Assembly: GCA_964016885.1 (NCBI GenBank)
Contig: OZ024740.1
Span: forward strand, 202,926,001-202,990,000
Direction of reading: 5' to 3'
DNA: 64,000 nt
Source of the DNA: Eledone cirrhosa
Taxonomy: Eukaryota
The notes beneath the pieces were generated by a model that worked only from the letters and a program-made list of their open reading frames with translations, had not been told where the DNA came from and did not search any database. The translations under genes and the position numbers were made by a program. This document shows, piece by piece, positions 12,001 to 24,293 of this stretch; within the stretch, counting starts at the first letter, position 1; every line of letters begins with the position of its first letter.

Positions 12001-13100
12001 GTGTATAGGTACCGTGTATAGGTACCGTGTATAGGTACTGTATATAGGTACTGTGTATAGGTACTGTATCTAGGTACTGTATATAGGTACTGTATATAGG
12101 TACTGTGTATAGGTACTGTATATAGGTACTGTGTATAGGTACTGTGTATAGCTAATGTATATAGGTACTGTATATAGGTACTGTGTATAGGTACTGTATA
12201 TAGGTACTGTATATAGGTACTGTATATAGGTACTGTGTATAGGTACTGAGTATAGGTGCTGTATATAGGTACTGTATATAGGTACTGTATATAGGTACTG
12301 TATATAGGTACTGTGTATAGGTACTGTGTATAGATACTGTGTATAGGTACTGTATATAGGTACTGTATATAGGTACTGTATATAAGTACTGTGTATAGGT
12401 ACTGTATATAGGTACTGTATATAGGTACTGTATATAGGTAATGTATATAGGTACTGTATATAGGTACTGTGTATAGGTACTGTATATAGGTACTGTATAT
12501 AGGTAATGTATATAGGTACTGTGTATAGGTACCGTATATAGGTACTGTGTATAGATACTGTGTATAGGTACTGTATATAGGTACTGTGTATAGATACTCT
12601 GTATAGGTACTGTATATAGGTACTGTATATAGGTAATGTATATAGGTACTGTATATAGGTACTGTGTATAGGTACTGTATATAGGTACTGTATATAGGTA
12701 ATGTATATAGGTACTGTGTATAGGTACCGTATATAGGTACTGTGTATAGATACTGTGTATAGGTACTGTATATAGGTACTGTGTATAGATACTCTGTATA
12801 GATACTCTGTATAGGTACTGTATATAGGTAATGTATATCGGGACCGTCATGTACCTCTCTTTGCCATGTTTGCTAATAACTGAAAAAACAACAATGCGAT
12901 GCCAAAACTTTTACAAAATAGATATAAAAATTGTTGTCATGGTAATCATGTTGTTGCCATGGAAACGAGGTGGTTGCCAAAGCAACTCAATATGCAACTC
13001 AAAACATGCATTAGATTGATAATGCTGTTTGGTGATATTGTTTAGGTCACAGTTTGTATAATCAAATTTTGTAACTAGAGGAATAGAACTCCATTTATAC
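9097..13100. mobile_element. One end of a TTAA-inserted (piggyBac-like) DNA element hosting the 13-bp satellite; far end not found
   Basis: SINE fragment 9025-9096 breaks off exactly at its internal TTAA (compare GAGAATTGTGTTAAGGGTG at ~62093) and is followed by CCTTATAAAGCCTGGGGCGG. The right boundary is a guess. Confidence 0.5.
9361..12840. repeat. 13-bp satellite array, ~3.5 kb (~265-270 units)
   Basis: Unit TATAGGTACTGT(A/G) with scattered variants. Confidence 0.98.
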
Positions 13101-13309
13101 ATATTCCATTATTGTTATTTCAATTTCATTCCATATTACATTTATTAATGTTTACCATTTCTTCTGCACCTCATCGTTTCATCCATTATATTTCAGACAT
13201 GCTGAAGGCTTCTTTTGTCATTGCTTCCGTAATAATGTTCTGAGAAAAGAAAAGAGTGTTTGAGACACATTTATGACAAAAGAAATCTGACAACTTCTTT
13301 GAAACCAAC

Positions 13310-13785
13310 ATGAGTTACATACCCTGCTTTGCACCTGACTGCGGCACAATATAGTCCGCCTCATCGACCTTCACAGCGCCACCGCCCGCAGTTCGAATGC
13401 ACCGACATCCACTACAGGAGCAGTTGCACCCAAGAAAGTACGACGCCCCGTCATCTTCGCGGCTACAAGCAAAGAGTGGGCCAACTTGGAGCAGAGATGA
13501 TCAGATGACAAAAGTGCCACACGCCTTACAGGAAGTGATGTTGTTTTCCAACTACTCGAGTGCTGTGACGAAGACTTGAGGAAGGACCTCACACGGTCAT
13601 TCGGTGCCTTAGCGTCCAGCGATGAGCAGACGGCCCTTTGTAATATTAAGTCTCTGGCCATCGGCCAAGGAAACGTCGCGTGCAGCTGCAACAGATGCGC
13701 CAGGACCAGGACAAACCAATTATAGCCTTCACTGTCCGTCTCCGAGGACAGGCTGGTGTCTGCAATTTCAAAATGGAATGCCTCC
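13310..13785 (+). pseudogene. Decayed Gypsy-type gag fragment (not in the ORF track)
   Basis: MSYIPCFAPDCG / ..KKVRRPVIFAATSKEWANLEQR*SDDKSATRLTGSDVVFQLLECCDEDLRKDLTRSFG..IKSLAI / RVQLQQMRQDQDKPIIAFTVRLRGQAGVCNFKMEC; recognised as an invertebrate Gypsy Gag pattern. Confidence 0.7.
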
Positions 13786-14688
13786 AATTCTAATTTACTT
13801 GGTTCTTTACTTATACCGGTGTACTAACACTCAAATTAAGGTTGTGGACCTGTTGAAAGATATCATCCCAGATTACTTGTAAGGTGTCCACGAGTTTTTG
13901 ATGTTCTTCTGTTTGTACAGTAGAAGTATGAATTTCAGCTAAATTTTTGGTGTATTGTTTACAGTTAGATTTAATTGAGCTTGCTGTATGTCCATTAATG
14001 GCAGTGGGGTCGCTGCCCTCAGTGGGTAGCTTTGTAGTGCCAGCTACTTTGAATCAGACAGTTCCGTGAAATGTATAAATTTACATCTAATGATACATTG
14101 TGCTCGTTCATTTAAATGTTTTGTTGAGGGTGGACGGACTTCCACAAATGTTATAGCCTTTGCATAAAACAGAACTTTTGGGAGTTAGATTGTATATATG
14201 CTTCATATAAATCTTTGTTAAGATTGTAGCGCCATTATAAACAATGATTGTAGTCACAGTTTGGTTGAAGGAGACTAATAGGTTTAACCATGGTGATCTT
14301 ATATTTGTATCTATTTTTCAAAATAGACTTTCATCATTAAAAGTTTCGACAAAGTTTTTTCACATTAAATTTAAAGCTGTTCACAGCATAGGTAATCTCT
14401 TCTTTTAGCTTGTTTTTCACAATTCTACAATTGTATTTAAACGTTTATATTTAGCGGTTTTATGAGTGTGATGTTTACCACGCTGTGTTTATATAAATAT
14501 GTTAAAATGTATTTAACATTTATATAGATATGTTACAATATATGTAATGCTTAAACACCTATGTAGAAATATTCGTATGTAATCTTACCACATTCTATAG
14601 CTCAACTTTTCCAATATATCGTATGTTACCTTGATGTAAGTTGTAATTACACACACCCGAGCCTCAGACTGATTGCAACGGTCGCCAG

Positions 14689-14720
<32 letters not shown>

Positions 14721-14744
14721 TATATGTATATATGTATATATGGT

Positions 14745-15258
14745 TTCTTGGTGAGGAGGGTGACTTTGGACATCCTGCAGGACTAAAAACAAAACCTGTC
14801 AAAGGGCAAAGGAGCTCTTAAGAGTCAATGGCCATCTAAAATCACTGGGAGAGATGACCCCTTAGCCTTTGTCAAGGCAGAATTCTAGGAGAAGGAAAAC
14901 TCTGATATAACAACTGCAACTCTGATGGTATCCAATGATGTTGACTTGTTCTTCTTTTTGGTAAATATCATCTTGGTTAAGAGAGTGGGACTGGCTTTGT
15001 GCAGTGCCTTTGCTCACTATAAAAGCTTCACGGCACAGGCATTGCTTTATATCTGGAGATCTCTCTGCACTTGTCGTCACATGGTACCAAAGGCAAAGCA
15101 CTATGTGTCAATAATTGTCACAAGTGTAGTGTTTGTACCAGAGTTTTCAAGTCGCTGGCTGGACTAAAAAGTCACACTCGTTCAGCGCATCGGTAGGGGT
15201 TCTCCTACATGGATATAAAGTAGTGGCCGTACTCGAAAACGAGTTGGCAGCCACCATG

Positions 15259-15292
<34 letters not shown>

Positions 15293-15362
15293 TGTATGTA
15301 TGTATGTATGTATGTATGTATGTATGTATGTATCTATGTATGTATGTATGTATGTATGTATG
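14745..15362 (+). mobile_element. Short non-autonomous RTE derivative with (TATG)n tail
   Basis: UTR-like 5' part joined to HKCSVCTRVFKSLAGLKSHTRSAHR* and the 3' UTR; near-identical inverted copy at 46510-46895. Confidence 0.7.
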
Positions 15363-17284
15363 TTCTTCTGGTTTTATAATTTCACAAAGTTTTACCAATA
15401 GAGAGAGGGTCGGTTTCTAACATAGATACAAGACTCTCTCATTGGAATTTACACAACATCAACTAGGTAGATTATGTATGCATGTCTGCATGTGTAGATA
15501 TGGATGTTATTGTATGTGTGGATGTGTATGTTTAGAGTTGTATGTGTGCAGGTGTATATGCTTTGCATCTGTACATGTCTATATTCAGTTATTAGATGCA
15601 GAATTTTGGGGATGTTTTACATATTTTTACTGTTCCATTAATGGATTGTACTTGTAATTTCCTAACTAGTTGTGTTCTTTCTGTTCCTGTGAAGCCTAGC
15701 TTCTCAAGATTTGTACTGAGGCAGTTACTAACATTCCCCAGTGCCCCAATAATCACAGGCATAAATCTGAAGGTGTAATCAGAGTGGAGTATCTGCAGAT
15801 TTCTCATCAGTTCTGCATAAATATTCTCCTTTTCGCTAATCTTTGATATTATATTGGCATCTGCTGGACAGCTAACTTCCACTATTGTGCATGCTTTCTT
15901 TTCCCTGTCCCATATCATTATATCTGGTCTGTTATGCTTGAATTTTATTGGGGTTTTTACTGGAACTTTCCACCAGTACTCTTTCATATTATGTATATGT
16001 ATGTCTTCCACATTGCTGTAGCTTTTAATGTGTTTATTATCGAGGCTATCTTTTCTACGGATTGCATTGTACAGTGGTTTGGCCATTACATCATGCCTCA
16101 TAGGTAGATAGTACCGTGATGACATCTTTGGACAGCTGCTTATGACGTGGGTGACATCTTCGATGTTAATTCTGCAGAGTCTGCACGTGTCACATCTAGG
16201 TGTTTTGCCTGCATCCCTCTCTCTTTTGTGAAACAGGTATTTTGTGTTGATTTCCTTTCTTGGATTGCAAAAGCGTATCCTTCAAAGGGGGAGCCAATAT
16301 AGCGGTTGTTGGTCCAAGATAGACTACTTTCCTTATCTATATTACTCTCACTCTGGAGCTTCCTGGCAACATATCCATGCATGCTTTTTTGCTGATAAGC
16401 ATGCAGTTTTTCATCCATGGATTCACTGAAGTAGTGCTGGGCAATTTCCCTTGGTGTGAGTTTTTAATCATGCAGGGAGTATCTTTCAAGGAGTTCTTTC
16501 CCAACTCTCATGATCTTATCTGTCTCATGCAGATAGACTTTCTCAATAGATGGGATCCTACGTTTCGAGGTTCGTAAATGTTGTCGAAGGGATATGATGC
16601 GACACGCAAATGATGTCTGGACAGATGTTAGGCCTCTGCCTCGCCTGCTTACGTTTCAAGTAGAGGCGGTCTAAGTCACTGTTGATGTGGAAGTTTCCAG
16701 TGTTGTTTAGAATGTTTCGAGTCCTAACATCAATTGCTCGGATTTCGTCTATCGTCCAATTGAGTATTCCAGGCGTTTGTGTTTGGACAGGCACAGTAAA
16801 TACATTGAGATCCACTGTTTTATTGTGCGCAGTGAATTCCGATGACCATATTTTTCTTAATCGGGTGTAATATTCCCTGGTTACGCGTTCCTTATTACAA
16901 ATACCATTATCGGATATATTCTCATCTATCCCCAGGTATCTGTAGCAGTCCTCATCAGATATCGGTGAAACAGTTAGGCCATTGATAAATGTTAATAGAT
17001 TGAGTTGTAGGTTTTCCGCGCATATATGAACATTTATCTTGGCCAAACTCCATTCCTATATCCTTTGAGAATGTTGTAACCAGGTCAAGATTTTTCTTCA
17101 TCCCATCCATGTTCTTGGCATAGAGTTTCAGATCATCCACAAAGAAATTATGGGTTAAGTTCGTATTTCTGTCCTCCTGTGAGCCAATGATGTATCCTTC
17201 ACATTTCTTGAACAGAAAGGACAAGGACTTTAATGACAGGATAAATAGTAGCACAGAGAGACTGTCTCCTTGAAATATACTCAT
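15363..17284 (-). mobile_element. R4/Dong-clade non-LTR retrotransposon (RT + restriction-like endonuclease), 5'-truncated, frameshifted
   Basis: IFQGDSLS, FFVDDLKLY, FSKDIGMEFGQDKC, YRYLG; CRLC..THVISSC zinc knuckle, RHD, NRPDIMIWD..IVEVSCP PD-(D/E)xK nuclease; 3' end abuts (CATA)n. Confidence 0.9.
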
Positions 17285-17599
17285 GTCATATTATATTTTA
17301 TCTGTGAATTAGAGTCCTCCTCTGTTTTCAACTTTAGGATAGTTACCCAACCCGGTTTTTATTCCACCCCACCCACCATATGCGTATTACATTTTGCTAA
17401 TCTATTTCCGGCGAAATTTTATTGTAAGTGATTTATATTGATACAGCAGCTGGAGAATCTGATAATAATTTTATTTTACATTACAAAAATTATATATGAC
17501 AGAAGAACATTATAAGAAATCCCATATTACTATACAATTACTGATTTCCCAAGCCCCCACCCTCATCGCCACCCCTCCTATTATTTGGAACCCGAGAGT

Positions 17600-18175
17600 A
17601 CCACCAAACTCACCTCCTCTCTATGTATGTCACACAAAACTCTTTCTTAATCCCCCTCTCTGAATCTACTAAAACCAAACTCTACCCCTCTCTATATCTA
17701 CCACAACACTGCTTCTCTTATCCCACTCTCTATATTTAAGACTAATACACTCTCTCACTCTCTATAAATATATACACTTATCTCTTCCAATCCCCCTCTC
17801 TATATCAAACACCCCAAACTCTCACCCTCTGTATATCTACTACATGACACACTCCCATTATCCATCTCTATAAATCTACAACCAGCAAATTGTTCGCCTC
17901 TCTATATCTACTAGACGTACTCTCTTCCAAACCCCCTCTCTATATTAATTAGCACCAAACTCTCCCCTCTCTATATCTACTACACGGAAATCTCTTCCAA
18001 AGCCCCTCTCTATATCTACTACACGGAACCCTCTTTCAATCCCCCTCTCTATATCAATTAACTCCAAACTCGCCCCCTCTCTCCATCTAATATACAACAC
18101 ACTCTCCCAACCTCCTCTCTATATCAATTACCACCAAACTCTCCCCCTCTCTATATCTATATCTATCTCTCCCAT
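17600..18175. repeat. Diverged ~35-bp tandem repeat
   Basis: Recurrent CCCTCTCTATATC(T/A)A core, alternating CCAAACTCTC and CTCTTCCAAT spacers. Confidence 0.8.
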
Positions 18176-18485
18176 CTGTCTCTACATAACATGTACATGA
18201 ATTGTAGCGCATATACAGATAGATGTGTGTTTTGGGTATTTTGGGGAGAAAATGTAATTATTGGTTGGGTGGGTGGGTGGGGTGGGGGGTGGGGGGGCAT
18301 AGCCCTTCCCCCCCCCCAGTTCAACCGCTCCGATATATATATATATATATATATACGTATATACATGTGTGTCTGTGTATGTGTCTGTGTGTCTGTGTAC
18401 GTGTGTGAGTGCATGTGTCTGTGTCCGTGTGTGTCTGTGTCTATGTATGTGTCTGTGGGCCTGTGTATGTGTCTGTGGGTCTGTG

Positions 18486-18533
<48 letters not shown>

Positions 18534-18872
18534 TGTGGGGGTGTATGTGTGTGCGTGGAGGGGGGTATGTGTATGTGTGCGTGTGTAGTCCGTCCGTTAT
18601 ATATTTTATTATTAAAGAAATATCTTGTTTATAGTCAGATAAAAGTTATTTCGTTATTACCTCCTGAATACATATTGCTATTATGTACAGAGATCGATGG
18701 ATCGATAAATAAATCATCAGTGTCTCTCTTTGGTTATAGATCTGATATAATGATGAGGTGTTTATATTACCATCAGGTGTTTACATATCAACACCTCACT
18801 AAAATGTTTCTATATTTATTTCATAGTCTAAGCAACTGGTGTTTATTAACGTGTATTATGATCAGTTGTTAT

Positions 18873-18929
<57 letters not shown>

Positions 18930-19326
18930 AAAGGCGCCGATCGTCAGATAAGACCAAGATAACAATGTCTCCAATGGATTTTCCATTATAGATACTATCT
19001 GCCAATTGCAAGAGGATGATAAACTCGACAAATACCAACAATTCTGGTTGTATATATATATCTTTACTTCACTTCAGCAAAAAGGAAAAAATGATTACTT
19101 CGAATCGTAAATATAATGTTTGATTGAAATGCGGGAGTCTCTTTGTTTACCATGGGATGTTCCCTTAAAAAGTGACAAGTTGTAATCAGACAGTATGTAC
19201 CAACAGAGGTAGTAGTAAACTCTTATATGGTGAGGTCGTGATGTACAAGTGAAGTGTCAGTAAAGTGTGTTGTCACAGAAGAGGCCGATGACTGAGTGAG
19301 TTAGGACCACACTACAACCTATTTAT

Positions 19327-19517
19327 AATTGTTTCTACTTTTGGCACAAGGCCAGCAAATTATCCAGTGCATTACTGGTACTTTATTTTATCGACCCCGT
19401 AAGGATGAAAGGCAAAATTAACCTCGGCGGGATTTGAACTCAGAATGGCAAGAGCTGTAACTCTATGCGTCAAAGCATGGCGTCCGACCCTCTACCGATA
19501 CGATACTGCCAATCCAC
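19327..19517 (-). mobile_element. tRNA-derived SINE (same family as 7222)
   Basis: Aligns along its length to 7222-7411 and 63481-63665. Confidence 0.85.
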
Positions 19518-20016
19518 TTTATAATGACGGTTAATTATTTTACTAATAGATAAGAGATGGCCCTAGAATATGTTCTCCTTCCAAGTACAGCTGCCGTAAA
19601 TTCTACCATCAGGAGAATTTATCTATTGTCCTTTCTGAGATGTCACAAGTCACTTACTTGGTGGCCGAGACTGTAAGTGAGAAGAAAACCGTGGGAAAAC
19701 ATTTTCGTTACAGGAATATTTGAACACCAAACGCACAGAACCGGATCAGATACACGTTAATACTTTCATCAATTCACACACACATGCATGTACTCATGGA
19801 TTGGTATTTTATTTATCGACTCTGAAAGGAGGAAAATGAAGCTGGCTTCTGTGGGATTTGAACACAAAGCGAAATGAGCCGGAAAAAATACCGTAGCATT
19901 TAATCACCGCCTTTTCTTTACATGGGTTGTTAATGTTCTATTGTTAGATATGTTGCTAACGCGTTGTTAACGTGTGTTTCTTAACGTGTGTTGATAACCT
20001 ACGTTGTTAGTGGAGT

Positions 20017-20474
20017 TTTAGGAGATTAGTATCGGTGTACATATATGCATTATCAGAAATGACAATAAATGCCGGTGTGTGTTGTGACAAGATTTTTACT
20101 TCACAGAAGTCAAAGGGATTAATATAATAAATCATTACCCGTGGGTCACAACTCCTAGGTTGAAGTGTGTGGAGAAGAACAGAGATCTTCTCTTGGAGGT
20201 GTTAACATCTTCTTAGGCTGCCAGTGGCATTCTTCTTGAGTGGCAAAGGATTATGAGAGAGGAGTCATCTCATGACAAGGTCGCAGGTGTTGTTAACACT
20301 TTGGGATTCAGGAGGCGAGAGAGGGAGAGATCGTCCTAACCTGTTCCTTTTATAGGGTCTGACCGGAAGTGACCAACAGGGTTCTATCACCCCCAAAGGG
20401 AAGCAACTCCAGCTACTTCCTGTCTAGAGAGCGGTGATGAGATTGGCATGACAAGGGAGGCAACTCTTGCTACA
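20017..20474 (-). repeat. 3' LTR (458 bp)
   Basis: Direct repeat of 25546-26000; about 6 substitutions and 2 small indels by eye. Preceded on the minus strand by G-rich TGGCGGGGGCTAA. Confidence 0.95.
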
Positions 20475-21142
20475 TTAGCCCCCGCCAGATTTTTAAAACA
20501 TAAAAATCGAATGAAGCATGCATGGAGTAAGATGACGAGCATGTAAGAGGCATGAAAATTATGATACAATGTAATCAAAGTAAGAGAAGAGGTCAAAGTT
20601 CAAATGTTCAAAACACAGTTCACATGTGTGCAATCACATGACAGCAGGAAAGAATGTGTTCCAGAGAATGAATGCAGATGGTTTCCAACTTCCGAAGGGA
20701 ATTTCTCACAGGAAGAGTGCTGCAGAAATAAATTCTCTGGCTTGTTCTGCTGGTTTTGGTTGTTGATGAAGCTGTGTTGTTGTCGTTGATGTTGTGAATG
20801 CGTTGACCTGGAAGGGTCAAGAAGCCAGCGACCAGAGAAATAAGCATTCTGAATAAATGCGCAGTTTTCAACGGCAAATTTACGTTGTAAATTTTTAAAC
20901 CGGCAAATAGAAGAATATAGCTTGGTGGAAAGAAAAAGTAATAGTTGAGATTCAGCGAAAATAAGTGTTCATGTCGAAATGTGTAAAAAAAAATCAAATT
21001 TCTTTTAAAATATTCGTTGTAAGAAGAAACGAAAAACATATATATATACATCCAGTGAAATGGTAATGAGAGGTACATAGTAATACAATAAAGAAAGAAA
21101 TAACAAGAACAGCAAAAAAAAAATAAGGCTCCAGTGGCCAGT

Positions 21143-24100
21143 TCACATAAAAATAGTTTGGCAGAACTTTTTGGGCCAGTGGACTTTCCGACCGGAACGG
21201 GTCGTAGTCTTGTATGTAGATGAAGGTGGGGCAGAAGGAGCAGGTGTATGCCCAAGAGAGAAAGATTGGGGTATTTGTGGCTCGGGTGTATGAGCGTCAT
21301 TGTGTGCCCTTTTTAGTATATCCACCGAAATTGTCTCTCTGGACCCCTTAACGTCTACAGTGAAATGTTTGTCAGTACGTGCTAACACACGGTAGGGTCC
21401 AGAGTATGGTTGTGTGAGGGGTGGTCTCACAGCATCGTTCCTTACGAACACATGGGTCCACGAGGCAATATCCCTCGGGACCGCAGGTTTTACAGTTTGT
21501 TTCCTCGTATCCATCGGCGGCAGGTCCTGAAAATAAGAACGCAGACGGGATACGTAGGAAAGCGGATCTTGGAAAGCAAGATCAACAGGGGCAAGCATTT
21601 GCCCAGGCAACGCTAGAGGAGCGCCGTAAAGTAATTCGGCCGGGGAGAACCCAAGGTCCTCCTTTATTGATGTCCGAATTCCTACAACACAATAGGAAGG
21701 TACTCGCTCCAACGTTGAGAGTCTGGATAGGCGCGAAGAGCGGCCTTTAATTGGCGGTGGATTCGTTCCACCATTCCATTTGAAGCAGGATGATAGGCTG
21801 TGGTCCGAATCCGTTGAGCTCCAATTATCTTTGTGAGCTCAGAGAAGAGATGGGACTCGAATTGTCTACCACGGTCTGTGGTGAGTGTAGTTGGTACCCC
21901 AAAGCGGGTAATCCACCCTGATACCAGGGCACGTGCTACAGTCTCAGCAGTCATGTCTTGTAGAGGGATGGCTTCAGGCCATCGCGAAAAACGATCGACA
22001 CAGGTCAATATGTATGAATATCCACTGCTGAATGGCCAAGGTCCAACGAGGTCAATGTGTATGTGCTGAAACCGAGCATCAGGAGTACTGAAAGTACCAA
22101 GTGGAGTCCGGATGTGTCTATGGATTTTTGATTTCTGGCAAGCGATGCAGGAACGGCACCAAGCAGCAATATCGCGCCTCATATTTGGCCAGAAGAATCT
22201 GGCTGTTATGAGCTTTACTGTGGCAGCAGATCCTGGGTGAGAAATGTTGAGCAAAGCCAGGAACACAATTCGACGGTGAGTCTCAGGAACAAGTGGTCGT
22301 GGTGAATCGGTAGATACGTCACATAGAATCTGCCTGTCGGTGGTGGACAAGGGCAGATATTTGAAAATGCAAGTCGCAAATTCAGCAGAAAGAGTGTCCA
22401 ACGATTGGAGTGCAGGTTGGTCTGCAGCTAAACGACCTAAGTCGATCTCCTGGGATGACGAGATGGAGCTGATTGGCAAACGTGATAATGCGTCTGCAGC
22501 TATGTTGTGCGAGCCGGCAATGTACTGGATATCGTTTGTAAATTGTGAAACGTAGTCCAGGTGCCTTGTCTCTCTGGGCGAATATCTGTCGGCTTTGGCC
22601 CTCAAAGCGAAGGTCAACGGTTTGTGGTCGGTAAAAACTGTAAAATTTCTCCCCTCAAGAATATGAGAGAAATGTTTCACCGACAGATATATGGCTAATA
22701 AATCCCGCCCAAACGTGCTATAACGCGTTTCTGCTGGTTTCAACTTCCTCGATAAAAATGCCAAAGGTTGTTGGTTTTCAGCGTAGGACTGCTGTAAAAC
22801 TGCTCCCACAGCGGTATCAGATGCATCAACACAAAGCGAAAGCCTGGCCTCTGGTACCGGGTGGGCTAGCAAAGATGAACTAGCGAGTGCTGTCTTGGCA
22901 GTCTGGAAGTATTTAAGCTGTCCTTGTGTCAAGGAAATATCCTCATTCTTCTTACGACGATTTTTTAAAATGTCAGTAAAGGAAGATAGCAAATTAGCAC
23001 AATGAGGAACGAAACGCCTATAGAAATTGATTAGGCCTAAGAAGTGACGCAACTGGTGAAGTGTAGTAGGCGGAGGTAACTCCTGTATGGCTTGAACTCG
23101 CTGAGGGAGCGGCCTAATACCTTCGGCGTCGATGAGGTGGCCTAAAAAATTTAGGGAAGTGGAACCGAAAACACACTTTGCTGGATTCACACGAACGCCG
23201 AAATCCTGAAGTCGCCGAAATAAGAGAAGCATGTGGCGCATTTGCTCTTCCGGAGAGGAACTAGCGACGAGAATATCGTCTATGTAAGCATAAACGAAGT
23301 CCAGACCACGCGTGACCTTGTTTATGAACCGCTGAAAAGTGCTAGCGGCGTTCCTGAGTCCGAAAGGCATGGTCAAAAATTCGAAGGATCCGAAAGGGGT
23401 TGTAATCGCCGTTTTCGGAATATCCTCCTTCCTGACCGGAATTTGGTGGTAGGCTCGCACTAAATCTAACTTTGAAAAGATCTTACACCCCTGCAGTGAA
23501 GATGCAAAATCCTGGAGATGGGGAATGGGATACCTATCCGGGACGGTCATGGCATTTATCCTCCTATAATCCCCAGTGGGTCTCCAGTCGCCGGAAGTCT
23601 TGGGCACCATCTTTAACGGTGAAACCCAAGGACTCGTAGATGGGCGAATAATGCCCAGCTGCAGCATATGGTTGAACTCGGACCGTGCTGCCTTTAATTT
23701 TTCCGTCGGTAAGCGGCGTGGACGCGAAAACACTGAAGCACCGGTGGTGGAAACGAAATGTTCGGTCGAGTGTGTTGGCTCAGTGACTCGAAAATTTCCA
23801 TCCGTGAGCTCCGGGAAAGAACCCAGCAACGAATGGTAGGCGTCTTTAGCGGCAGCGATGAAGAATATGGGCTGACTATTGGAGCATTGGCTTCCTGGCC
23901 ATGAATTGAAAAACCGGTGATGTTGTCCACCAGGCGTTGGCCACGGACGTCCACAGTTAAAGAGAAGTTGTGTAGGAAATCCTCTCCTAAGATGGGGTAT
24001 GGCAAATCGGCAACCGTAAAAATCCACTTAAAATCCCTACGAAGATTTAGGAATTTAAGAGGAAGCGAGATTTGCCTGTACGTCTTTATAGACGAGTGGT

Positions 24101-24290
24101 TAACTGCCTGCAGCGTAACAGAGGACTCTATGGGGGTATCTTTCAGGCAATGGACCGGCCAAATACTACAGGAGGCTCCTGTATCCACGAGGAAACCTCT
24201 TCCCGACATTAGGTCCTTAATGAAGAAATGGCGGTTTGGTGGCTTTATGTTGAGGTCAACTGTCCCCATCAGCGGACCTCTTAGGCGTTT
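21143..24290 (-). pseudogene. pol: Gypsy pol (protease, RT, RNase H, integrase) with two frameshifts
   Basis: FLVDTGA protease, YIDD RT, DASD RNase H, zinc-finger and DDE integrase, GPY motif. Frame changes near 23870 and 21685. Confidence 0.93.
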
Positions 24291-24293
24291 CCC
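24258..24293 (-). promoter_or_regulatory. Programmed -1 ribosomal frameshift signal (gag/pol)
   Basis: G GGA AAC heptamer (24293-24287) in gag frame, 6-nt spacer, hairpin GAGGTC..GACCTC; the -1 frame is open into the protease. Confidence 0.8.

Noticed and set aside
9312-12850. 610-, 694-, 104- and 232-aa Tyr/Thr-rich minus-strand ORFs
   Set aside because: The 13-bp unit has no stop codon on that strand; these are satellite artefacts.
13371-13787. 138-aa minus-strand ORF as a host gene
   Set aside because: It is the antisense shadow of the plus-strand gag relic.
20620-21300. 226-aa ORF after pol as an env gene
   Set aside because: Low-complexity Phe/Leu-rich translation of a T-rich UTR overlapping the integrase end; no env motifs recognised.
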